The notes under the pieces: model-generated
Told to the model about the DNA's origin: nothing
Databases searched by the model: none
What the model saw: the letters and a program-made list of their open reading frames with translations, nothing else
Position numbers and translations under genes: made by a program
DNA from: an uncultured Deferribacteres bacterium
Lineage (GTDB): Bacteria > Zhuqueibacterota > Zhuqueibacteria > Zhuqueibacterales > Geothermadaptataceae
DNA: 27,593 bases
Direction of reading: 5' to 3'
Assembly (NCBI GenBank): GCA_964014485.1
Contig: CAXHAT010000098.1
Coordinates: forward strand, 1 to 27,593
Shown: positions 16,734 through 25,455 of the stretch, piece after piece
How positions within the stretch are numbered: the first letter of the stretch is position 1
Layout of the letters: every line of letters begins with the position of its first letter

Positions 16734-19700
16734 ATGGAAAATCAAAAAACCAAGCGGGTCTTGAAAATTCAAAAAGCTTTGGGCGTTACTCTACTTCTCT
16801 CTCTTCTTATTCATCAGGCATGCATATTCCAGGAAACAAATTCGCTGAAAAAATATAATCGAGCCGTCTTGGCAGCCGGAACGCAAGAAGAGACTGAAAA
16901 AATTGTCGATGAAGCTCTCAACTTTATCACCACTAAAGAGTTATTTGAAGATTCAGAAAATTGGGTAGTGCAAGCTTACAAAGATAGTTGCGAAAAAATT
17001 CTCCTTGAAATTGTTGACGAAATCAATTCTTTAAACTCCATAATTTCAGACAGCGCTTCGATCAAGCTGTCAGAACTCCCTTGGCGACGAAAATTTTTCT
17101 TTGCACTACCATATCTGCGAACAGACTTCCCCGCCGATTCAGCCGACAAAATCATTAAAAACGCTGCCGCTATTCTTGAAGCTCCGCAATTCTCAGATTA
17201 CAATACCAGACTTAATGACGTTTTAGCCAAGCAAGACTCCTTGTATTACGCCCCGCATATCGTACAATTCTGCGCCAATATGAGCGGCAGATCGTTTGAC
17301 GACGGTAATTTCAAGCGTGCTAAAAACGCAGCGGCTTATGGGATACAGCTTGGAGTGAAACTTCCCGATCAGCGAAGAATGTTGCCTCCCCTGGCACGAT
17401 ATCAAGCGGCTGTTTTTGCAGATGAGGGCCTTTTTCATTTAGTAAAAGCAATTGGCGAACGAGTTGTACGCAAATCTATTGACGGCAACTATTTGGGAAC
17501 CGCTCTAAATATGCTCTACAATCTCGGCGATCAGCATATTCAGACCGAAGAACTGGAAGAAGCATTGCGTTATCTATCATCTGCTCAAGAATTCCTAAAA
17601 GAGCAAAAAGATAGACTTAGCCCGAGAACGCAGGAATGGTACGGCAAGCGCCTTTTGGAAAGAATGGCAGTCGTGTATAGAAAATTTGGCGAGAATAAAC
17701 TCGCTCAACAGAACCTTCAGGAATACGAAAAGTTAGTAAAAACTGGCAAAGAAAACGTACTTCTGCACAATTTCCGAGGCTTGAACTATCGGAATGTCGG
17801 CCAATTCGCCAAAGCAAAAGACGAATTTCTCGCTGGGATCAAAATCGCATCACGGCAGGAAGGTGGCGGAGTCTTAGACATTCACAACTTGTTCGTACTC
17901 ATTCATAACCTGGCTGAATTGCATCTGGAGTATGATTTTTACGATGATGCGCTAAAAGTTTGGGAGTCGTGGAAACAGTACGAAGCCTTTGCTCCAGACT
18001 TAACGAACTATCCCGGAAAAAACGCATCACCATTGCAAAACAACGAGGCCAACTTGCACGGCGACCAACTCGATGCTCAGGCGTTGGATAAAGAAGCTGA
18101 CGCTTCCTCCATCAAAGGGTTTATGAACGTCCCAAGAAGGATTGACCGCGATATATTAGGTGCAGAAATTTTCTATAAGCTTGGGCGAAAAGAAAAAGCC
18201 GAACTTTTGATTTCAGACCTGCTGGACAATGTTGACGCTCTCAATTTGAAAAAACACCAGATCGAACTTGCACTGTCTGCTTCGCATATCATTGCTTCTA
18301 TTAAGGGCTATGAAACAGCTAGAAGTCGACTTTTAGACGCCGCAAACATCGCAGAAGACGACGGTTCGTTCCTGAGAAGAATTGATCTAAAGATTCTTGA
18401 ATTTGAGCTTGCGCAGTCGTTCCAAAAGGCTGATGTATCAGTAGCCGATTTCGCAGACCTTATCAGTGAGATTGAAGAAAAAGGATATTATAGCCTTTTA
18501 CCAAAAGCTATAGGTTTGGTCATCAAGTTTGCCTGGAAAACTCAACAAAGGAATCTGGCCCTCGAATATGCTCAAAAGATGTTTGACGTCGTGAAGGATG
18601 TTTCCGAACAGCAAGAAACGGTTGAAGGCGCCACCTTTTACAACCACAGTACAGACGACGGCGTCAAAACAGCCATAGAATGCTTGTTGCGATTTGGCGA
18701 TGATGAAGAGGCGTTTCTCCAGCTTAACCGATTCAAGAACATGGCGATGCGAAATAAATTGCTCGCAACAGACGAAGGCGCATTAGCTTATTCAGATATT
18801 CAACCTTTTTTGCGTCCCGGTGAAACTTTAATTGATTATTTTTCAGGTGATACGCTTTATGCCTTTGTTGTTCAAAGAGACGGGTTTTCTGTGAAGCGGT
18901 TTGACGTAACGCGCCTTGAGTTGCAACGCTTGACGAACGAATACTTCAACATTGTTTCCGACGAAGGCTTGCTAACAGGTCAGCAGGGCGGCAAAACATT
19001 TTACAGGTCGGAATATTTAAAGACTTTGGAAAAATCTCATCAATTGTATAAAAAAGTTGTACAAAAAATAGACGTGGATATTCCAGATTCGGAAAGGCTT
19101 TTAATCGTTCCGGACGCGCACCTTTACAGTCTGTCGTTTGCTTCGTTGGCCATCGAATCGGCGGAGAAAAGAAATGACCAGTTTCTTATCGAAAAGCATG
19201 CCATTGCTTATCTTCCAGGCGCTTGGGCGTTGAAAAACCGGCAGCAGCCAGTTGATTCTACGCCATTCAATTCAATCGTAGCTTCACTCTCAACAAACAT
19301 GCGCGGTGCGGAAGCGCTAAACGAAAAAACCGCATCTCTTTTTCCGGCGCTCCATCGCGATATCAGAAAATCGTGGAAAGACAAGGAAGAATTTTGGGCT
19401 GCAATAAAAACCGACCCAGACATTTCATTGCTTTTTGCGCACGCATTCGCGAGTTGGGAAAACCCGCAGCAATCGTTCATTGAGCTTCCTCTTTCCGACA
19501 GCACTTTGGACGCATTATACGCTCATGAGCTTGAAGGTATTGGAGTAATCAATAGTCGTCTTGCCATTCTGGCTGGCTGTGAAACCATAGGCGTAAGAAC
19601 ATATTGGGGCTCTGGGCTTGTTGGTCTGCAGCGCTCGCTTATGCTCGCCGGAATCGACCAAGTTGTTTCGACAAATTGGAAAGTTTTTTCCATTGAAGCT

Positions 19701-19892
19701 GCAAACACAATAGCAGATTTTTTAGGTGAGTTCAAAAATGAACGCGACCCGATTATCGCATTGCAAAAAGCGCAAATCATGGCGATAGACAGGCTCAAAA
19801 AAGATCGCAATGTTCATTTCCCTTTTCCGCATATTTGGAGCGCATACACTTTGTATGGTTTAGAACAAGACAATGCGCCAAGCACGAATTAG
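16734..19892 (+). CDS. TPR-CHAT (caspase-like, clan CD) protease with N-terminal signal/anchor
   Basis: CHAT motifs ETLIDYF...LYAFVV, LLIVPDAHLYSLSFASL, FLIEKHAIAYLP, LFAHAF (His903), LAILAGCET (Cys949), GLVGLQRSLMLAG...VVSTNWKV, ALQKAQ, PHIWSAY; hydrophobic N-terminus ending in QAC. Confidence 0.92.
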   Translation: MENQKTKRVLKIQKALGVTLLLSLLIHQACIFQETNSLKKYNRAVLAAGTQEETEKIVDEALNFITTKELFEDSENWVVQAYKDSCEKILLEIVDEINSLNSIISDSASIKLSELPWRRKFFFALPYLRTDFPADSADKIIKNAAAILEAPQFSDYNTRLNDVLAKQDSLYYAPHIVQFCANMSGRSFDDGNFKRAKNAAAYGIQLGVKLPDQRRMLPPLARYQAAVFADEGLFHLVKAIGERVVRKSIDGNYLGTALNMLYNLGDQHIQTEELEEALRYLSSAQEFLKEQKDRLSPRTQEWYGKRLLERMAVVYRKFGENKLAQQNLQEYEKLVKTGKENVLLHNFRGLNYRNVGQFAKAKDEFLAGIKIASRQEGGGVLDIHNLFVLIHNLAELHLEYDFYDDALKVWESWKQYEAFAPDLTNYPGKNASPLQNNEANLHGDQLDAQALDKEADASSIKGFMNVPRRIDRDILGAEIFYKLGRKEKAELLISDLLDNVDALNLKKHQIELALSASHIIASIKGYETARSRLLDAANIAEDDGSFLRRIDLKILEFELAQSFQKADVSVADFADLISEIEEKGYYSLLPKAIGLVIKFAWKTQQRNLALEYAQKMFDVVKDVSEQQETVEGATFYNHSTDDGVKTAIECLLRFGDDEEAFLQLNRFKNMAMRNKLLATDEGALAYSDIQPFLRPGETLIDYFSGDTLYAFVVQRDGFSVKRFDVTRLELQRLTNEYFNIVSDEGLLTGQQGGKTFYRSEYLKTLEKSHQLYKKVVQKIDVDIPDSERLLIVPDAHLYSLSFASLAIESAEKRNDQFLIEKHAIAYLPGAWALKNRQQPVDSTPFNSIVASLSTNMRGAEALNEKTASLFPALHRDIRKSWKDKEEFWAAIKTDPDISLLFAHAFASWENPQQSFIELPLSDSTLDALYAHELEGIGVINSRLAILAGCETIGVRTYWGSGLVGLQRSLMLAGIDQVVSTNWKVFSIEAANTIADFLGEFKNERDPIIALQKAQIMAIDRLKKDRNVHFPFPHIWSAYTLYGLEQDNAPSTN

Positions 19893-19928
19893 CGCCAAAT
19901 CAGAAACGCCAAACCTCCTTGTTTACCT

Positions 19929-20600
19929 TTGAACGCTTCATTCTCCGTTATCACCCTTTTCTTTTCCTCTTTGTTAACGCAAAACCCACAAGGGCTTGAG
20001 AGTCCAACTCGTGACAACCCTTTGCTCATCGACCAAGAAAAGCGAGAAACTCAAATTCTCGCACAATTTACGCCCAAGCGATTTTCGAATCATCAAAACG
20101 ACATGGCGGGCTATCACGCCGTTGTCTGGAGAGGCGGAAAGGCGAGTGACTTGGCGCTTTTTAAGAGCTTCGTTAGTGATAGAGAAACGCTTGCCGCCCT
20201 GCAAAAAATAGGCGGCGTTCCCGGAAACAATCTTTCACAGAAAACATGGGATGACCGCAAAAACCGCAAAAGCAGTGCGGCGGACGCACGCATTCTTGGG
20301 ACGCGCATCGAAATGCTCGTCACTTGGGAAGGCTTGCAAAAGCCGCTCTCGTTGGCGGAAATCTTGAATGATCCAGGGGGCAAGGGCATCGATTTGCGTT
20401 TTGGCGGTAATAAAGAAATCATTAAAAACTGGCAATCCGGCTGCATTGTTTGCCTGTATAGCTGCCCTGGAAGCAAAGCAGGAAATCACGCCTACACAGT
20501 GCGTGATTTTGTCGACAAGAAAACGCGGTTTACCGTTGATTTTGAGCGAGTTCCAAAAGAGAAAACGGACGTTGTACTTATTTTCAGGCTTGTAGAGTAA
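19929..20600 (+). CDS. YdjY-like exported protein with Cys cluster
   Basis: AL..IGG.PGNNL, VTWEG, FGGN and SGCIVCLYSCPG motifs; TTG start uncertain. Confidence 0.65.
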   Translation: MNASFSVITLFFSSLLTQNPQGLESPTRDNPLLIDQEKRETQILAQFTPKRFSNHQNDMAGYHAVVWRGGKASDLALFKSFVSDRETLAALQKIGGVPGNNLSQKTWDDRKNRKSSAADARILGTRIEMLVTWEGLQKPLSLAEILNDPGGKGIDLRFGGNKEIIKNWQSGCIVCLYSCPGSKAGNHAYTVRDFVDKKTRFTVDFERVPKEKTDVVLIFRLVE

Positions 20601-20633
20601 GACGCGTTGTTTATGTCTCGAACAGTCGGCGAT

Positions 20634-21434
20634 TCAAGCCTTGCGCGCGACAAAAGCGATATTAGAAGAAAAAATTCCCTTCGACAAAACTTCCGATATT
20701 CTCGCGACGCCTTTGCCTAGGGCGTTTAATTCAAAACTTTCCCCGCCCTTTTTCTTGAGAAAAGGCATTTCCAGACACAGCCCTACACGCGTTTCCGGCG
20801 TATGGAAACGGTCATAATAAAACCAATCCATGACTTCAAAGCCCGTCTCTTTCAAAAAGCCGCGCAGGTCTTTTTTATTGTAATAATATTGGTAGAAAAC
20901 TCTGTTCTTATCCCTAAAAGAAGGCTTGATGAGTTTCAAAAACGGCATGGTTAAAAACCGGCGAACCGTGCTTCGATAGAAATTCTGGTAGGGTACCGAC
21001 AAGATGAGCTTCCCTTCTTCCTTCAAAACGCGATGCGCTTCTAAAAGCGGTTTCTGCGGCCCTTCTTCGAAATGCTCCACAACTCCCATTGAGAGATAAA
21101 GATCGACCGACGCGTCTTCCAGGGGTAAATCATCGACGTTGCCAATTTTGACTTCAATTTTTGGATTGTGTTTTTTGATCAGTTCTAAAGGCGGGCTGAC
21201 AAAATCCACACCGACCAGGTTTTTATAGCCTTGCCGTCCCAGGTAGAGCAGCCACCGACCCAAGCCGCAGCCGCCGTCTAAAACGCACTGCTCAGGCGTT
21301 GCATTATTTTTGATCGCCTCGAGCATTAGCGGATAATCGTTATCCGTCGCCGCCGCTTCTTCTTCGATTGAAACGCGTTCCCAGTACTTTTCCCAATCCG
21401 TTTGTTGCGGCAAAAGACGCCATTTTATCGCCAT
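20634..21434 (-). CDS. Class I SAM-dependent methyltransferase
   Basis: VLDGGCGLGRW, GVDF, LPLEDASVDLYLSMGVVEHF and EAHRVLKEEGKLILSVP motifs. Confidence 0.92.
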   Translation of the reverse strand: MAIKWRLLPQQTDWEKYWERVSIEEEAAATDNDYPLMLEAIKNNATPEQCVLDGGCGLGRWLLYLGRQGYKNLVGVDFVSPPLELIKKHNPKIEVKIGNVDDLPLEDASVDLYLSMGVVEHFEEGPQKPLLEAHRVLKEEGKLILSVPYQNFYRSTVRRFLTMPFLKLIKPSFRDKNRVFYQYYYNKKDLRGFLKETGFEVMDWFYYDRFHTPETRVGLCLEMPFLKKKGGESFELNALGKGVARISEVLSKGIFSSNIAFVARKA

Positions 21435-21618
21435 AGTGTTCTACATTTTCCAGATTTGTGGGATGATAAATTGAGAAGACAGGAATGAACTTTTAGGGAC
21501 GTTGCCGCCGTTTTTCAAGCGGCAAAAAAGAAGCGGCAACTGTAGCAGAGCCCCTATTCACCAAACACAATTTCGGATAAATCGGGCAATAACTTCATTG
21601 AAAGCCAAACAAACTATT

Positions 21619-22794
21619 TTAGACGATCCCTAGTTCCCGGCCAACTTTTCCGAACGTTTCAACAGCAAATCTAATGTCTTCTTCAGAATGCGTCGCGCTG
21701 TTCATAACTCGAATACGCTCCGTGCCGCGCGGCACAGTCGGAAAACTAATCGCCATCGCGAATATACCGGCGTCGTAGAGCGCTTTGCTGAAAGCGACGG
21801 CTTTGGCGGCGTCACGAATGAGCACAGGAGTGATGGGCGTCTGGGATGCGCCGGTGTCAAATCCGAGCTTATCAAGGCCGGAGCGAAATGCTTTCGCATT
21901 GGCCCAAAGTTTTCGCACAAGCTCGTCTGATTCGGTGAGAATATCGACGGCGGCAATGCAAGCCGCCACGTCCGCGGGCGTTGCCGCACTGCTGAAAAGA
22001 AACGGACGTGCGCGCTGGAGCAAATAGTCGACGATTTTCTTTTTCCCGGCGACGTACCCCCCGATCACGCCAAACGCTTTGCTCATCGTTCCTACTTCAA
22101 TATCAACCTTGTTGTGCAAGCCAAAATGATCCGCAATGCCGCGCCCGCTATCGCCAAGAACGCCCTCGCCATGAGCGTCGTCCGTCATTGTCAGCGCATC
22201 GTGCTTGTCGGCGACTTTGACAATCTCGTCCATTGGAGCAATATCGCCGTCCATGGAAAATACGCCGTCGGTGATGATTAGCTTGCGGCGCGCGCCGCTA
22301 AATTCTCTCAACTTCGCATCGAGATCGGCGGGGTCGTTGTGGTTATAGCGCACGGTTTTGGCTTTGGAAAGGCGGCAGCCGTCGATAATGCTGGCATGGT
22401 TCAGCGCGTCGGAAAAGATCACGTCTTCCGCGCCGGTAATTGTTGGGATAACGGCCTGATTTGCAATAAACCCGGATTGGAAAGAGATGGCTCCCTCGAC
22501 GTTTTTGAACTTCGCCAGTTTGTCTTCAAGCTCAACGTGCAGGCTCATCGTCCCGGCAATGCTTCGCACCGCTGCCGGCCCAACGCCGTACTTTTCGATT
22601 GCGTCGTGCGCCGCCTGACGCAATCGCGGGTGATGGGCAAAACCGAGATAGTTGTTCGCGCACATATTCAACACACGTTTGCCGTCAACTTGAATCCAGG
22701 CGTCTACGTTCGTTTCAATGGTTCGAATCGTGTTAAACAGATTGTTTTCGCGCAAATCCTGAATCAGTTCGTCAAGAAAGTCTAACTTACCCAT
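21619..22794 (-). CDS. kbl: Glycine C-acetyltransferase (2-amino-3-ketobutyrate CoA ligase; BioF/Kbl family)
   Basis: [46 protein letters not shown] (PLP lysine) and RPFLFS motifs. Confidence 0.85.
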   Translation of the reverse strand: MGKLDFLDELIQDLRENNLFNTIRTIETNVDAWIQVDGKRVLNMCANNYLGFAHHPRLRQAAHDAIEKYGVGPAAVRSIAGTMSLHVELEDKLAKFKNVEGAISFQSGFIANQAVIPTITGAEDVIFSDALNHASIIDGCRLSKAKTVRYNHNDPADLDAKLREFSGARRKLIITDGVFSMDGDIAPMDEIVKVADKHDALTMTDDAHGEGVLGDSGRGIADHFGLHNKVDIEVGTMSKAFGVIGGYVAGKKKIVDYLLQRARPFLFSSAATPADVAACIAAVDILTESDELVRKLWANAKAFRSGLDKLGFDTGASQTPITPVLIRDAAKAVAFSKALYDAGIFAMAISFPTVPRGTERIRVMNSATHSEEDIRFAVETFGKVGRELGIV

Positions 22795-22878
22795 CAAATT
22801 CTTTCCTCAATTTTCACTCGCCAACTATCCTTATACTTTGCAACAACTTACAGCACTGGCTACTGCTCACAAGAGACA

Positions 22879-24159
22879 CTACTTCGTCTTATCTCGAACC
22901 TTCATAATGCGTTTGTTCGCTTCTTGCGCTTTTTTGTGACCAGGATATTTTTCGACGACCATTTCGTAATAATCAATCGCCTTTTGCGCATCCTTTAATT
23001 TGTCTTCGCAAAGTTTGCCCGCTTCCATCAGCTTGTCAGGCGATTTCTCGTAAGCGGGAAAACGCTCTGCAATTCTGGCATAATACGCTGCAGCGCCCGC
23101 GTAGTCTTTATTCTTGTTTTTCATGATGTTAGCTGCGTTATCTAATGCTTCAACGCCGCGCGAGTTTTCAGAATAGTTTTCAACGACTTCGTCATAGGCG
23201 GCGATTGCCGCGGTGTTATCTTTCAGGCCTTTTTCACGGACTTCAGCCATCAAAAAAAGTGCGTCAACCGCGTGGTCATGGGTTGGGTAATTGTCGACCA
23301 TCTGGCGAAGCGCCGCGTCAGCGCTCCTGTGGTCTTTCAATTTTTTATATTTGATTTCTCCCATTGTGTAGAGCGACGGCGCGATGTATTGACTGCCCAT
23401 GCTTTCGGAAAGCACCTTATCCAAAACCGCCACCGCCTGTTGCGGTTCATTCAAATCCTGGTATAAAACCACGCCTTTTTTATACCGAATCTCCGGAATG
23501 AAATCGCTGCGAGGGTAGAGCGCTTCAATTTTTGTATAGCTCGCAACCGCCTGGTCAGGCATTTTGGCTTGCTGATAAACGCCGCCCATCCAGTTCAAAA
23601 CCTGATCCAAATGCTCATTTTCCGGGAAATTGCGCTCGAAATACCTGAATTCGGCTAGTGCTCTTTCAGCAGCTTTTTTGTCGTTCAACGTTGATAAGAA
23701 TTCCAAAAATGAAAAATATTTTTCGGGCATGGATTTGCCGACAGTCTCTTCCTGGATTCTGGTCTTCAAGTCGACTCGCATGCCTTCATAGTTCTTTTCT
23801 TTTTCGATAATGACAGTGGCAAGCGTCACGCTCTGACCTCTCGATTCAGACTCTGGGAAAAGCAATGCGCATTTTGCATAGTACGCTAAAGCCGCCTGCC
23901 TATCATTCTTTGTATCACACAACCGCCCGGCCAACAGAAGCGCTTCAGCCGTATTCTCCCCGTACGGGTACAGTTCGGCGTAAAGATTGAATTCTTCAAT
24001 CAAGTAGCCCTGTAACTTATTGTTTTTTTTGTTATACTCGGACTTAAGAAAATCGAAAAAGACGGTTTCGTGATCCGTCGTTTGTCCGACCAATGGCAAG
24101 CTCATAAAACTCAAAGAGATTGCGAAAACGAATGCGGTAAAAAACATTTTTTTCTTCAT
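22879..24159 (-). CDS. Exported TPR protein (CpoB/BamD-like repeats)
   Basis: Signal peptide MKKKMFFTAFVFAISLSF with GGAGAG SD (start moved to 24159); repeated A...Y..V...YP....A..AL units. Confidence 0.85.
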   Translation of the reverse strand: MKKKMFFTAFVFAISLSFMSLPLVGQTTDHETVFFDFLKSEYNKKNNKLQGYLIEEFNLYAELYPYGENTAEALLLAGRLCDTKNDRQAALAYYAKCALLFPESESRGQSVTLATVIIEKEKNYEGMRVDLKTRIQEETVGKSMPEKYFSFLEFLSTLNDKKAAERALAEFRYFERNFPENEHLDQVLNWMGGVYQQAKMPDQAVASYTKIEALYPRSDFIPEIRYKKGVVLYQDLNEPQQAVAVLDKVLSESMGSQYIAPSLYTMGEIKYKKLKDHRSADAALRQMVDNYPTHDHAVDALFLMAEVREKGLKDNTAAIAAYDEVVENYSENSRGVEALDNAANIMKNKNKDYAGAAAYYARIAERFPAYEKSPDKLMEAGKLCEDKLKDAQKAIDYYEMVVEKYPGHKKAQEANKRIMKVRDKTK

Positions 24160-24371
24160 CACTCTCTCCATCGTTTTGCGAAAAGTGTTTATTTTAACGC
24201 CCTTACAAATCAATTTTTCAAATAGTAACAAACAGCCAAATCGGAGGAAAGCATTTTTATACCGGGGCTCCGGTTAATATATTTCAGAAAATTTTGAGCG
24301 CAACCTAAGATTTATGTGAAAAAATCTATGCTGTTCATGGTTGATTCACAGGTTCAATATCAGGAGACGGG

Positions 24372-25379
24372 ATGAGACGACAAAGCATTTTTCACAGTTT
24401 AAAACTCGCAATATTGACGGCATGTATCGCTGGGTGCGGCGGGCAAGAGACCGACGACGGACAAGTCACAATCGCCGTGATTCCGAAAGGCACAACGCAT
24501 GTTTTTTGGCAGTCAATTCACGCTGGGGCCCGGAAAGCTGAAGCCGAAACGGGAGTTAAGGTTATTTGGGTCGGCCCGGAAAAAGAAGATGACCGCCAAC
24601 AGCAAATTGCGCTGATTGACAATCAGGTGATCAATCAAGTTGACGGCGTCGTCGTAGCGCCGCTTGATGAAACTGCGCTTCGTCGTCCCATTCGCGACGC
24701 CGTAAATCGCAGCGTGCCGGTTGTTATTATGGACTCCGCTTTGAAAGACGCTGATGACATTTACGCAAGTTTCGTTGCGACCGACAATGTGGAAGGCGGA
24801 AAATTGGCGGGCAGACAGATGGCGGAGATGTTAGGCGGCAAGGGCAGAGTCATCATGCTGCGGCTCCAGGAAGGCTCGGCCAGTACGGAAAAACGTGAGA
24901 ACGGCTTTCTTGAAGCCATCGCCGAGTTCCCGGATATTGAAGTTGCAAGTTCTGAGCAATACGGCGGGGTCACCACAGCCTCGGCGCAACAGGCGAGCGA
25001 GAATCTTTTGCTGCGTTTCAAGGATTCTGACGGAAATCTGACCATTCACGGCGTTTTTTGCCCCAATGAATCGACGACGCACGGCATGTTGCAAGCGCTC
25101 CGCCGACAGCGACTCGCCGGAGGAATGAAATTCATCGGCTTCGACGCAGCGCCAGCCTTGATTGAAGGCATGGAAAAAGATGAAATTCACGGTTTGGTGG
25201 TGCAGGATCCTTTTAAAATGGGCTATCTCAGCGTCAAGACCATGCTCGCCCATCTCAATGGCGAAAGCGTTGAAAAGCGCATCGACACCGGCGTTTATTT
25301 TGTGACCAAATCCAATTTGTCAGAACCGAATATTCAAGAACTTGTTGCGCCGGACTTGGCGAAGTGGCTGGAGCAGTGA
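24372..25379 (+). CDS. Sugar ABC transporter substrate-binding lipoprotein (RbsB-like)
   Basis: Lipobox IAGC; IAVIPKGTTHVFW, VATDNVEGG, FIGFD and VVQDPFKMGY motifs. Confidence 0.93.
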   Translation: MRRQSIFHSLKLAILTACIAGCGGQETDDGQVTIAVIPKGTTHVFWQSIHAGARKAEAETGVKVIWVGPEKEDDRQQQIALIDNQVINQVDGVVVAPLDETALRRPIRDAVNRSVPVVIMDSALKDADDIYASFVATDNVEGGKLAGRQMAEMLGGKGRVIMLRLQEGSASTEKRENGFLEAIAEFPDIEVASSEQYGGVTTASAQQASENLLLRFKDSDGNLTIHGVFCPNESTTHGMLQALRRQRLAGGMKFIGFDAAPALIEGMEKDEIHGLVVQDPFKMGYLSVKTMLAHLNGESVEKRIDTGVYFVTKSNLSEPNIQELVAPDLAKWLEQ

Positions 25380-25405
25380 GCAGTGAGCAGTGAGCAGTGA
25401 GCAGT
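25371..25405 (+). repeat. Heptamer tandem repeat (GAGCAGT)x5
   Basis: Five perfect copies overlapping the stop codon of the binding-protein gene. Confidence 0.95.
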
Positions 25406-25455
25406 GAATCAATTTCTATCAGATTTGTACAAATACAACCGCGAGAATTCTGTTT

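Noticed and set aside
12741..19892. Type III-E CRISPR (Craspase) locus
   Set aside because: CHAT and ECF sigma are present, but there is no Cas7-11, cas1 or repeat-spacer array in the window, and the anti-sigma is a ZAS-TM type rather than recognisably Csx30.
21501..21540. GTTGCCGC...GCGGCAAC inverted repeat after kbl as a terminator
   Set aside because: A hairpin is possible, but no U-tract follows it on the transcribed (minus) strand; function unsupported.
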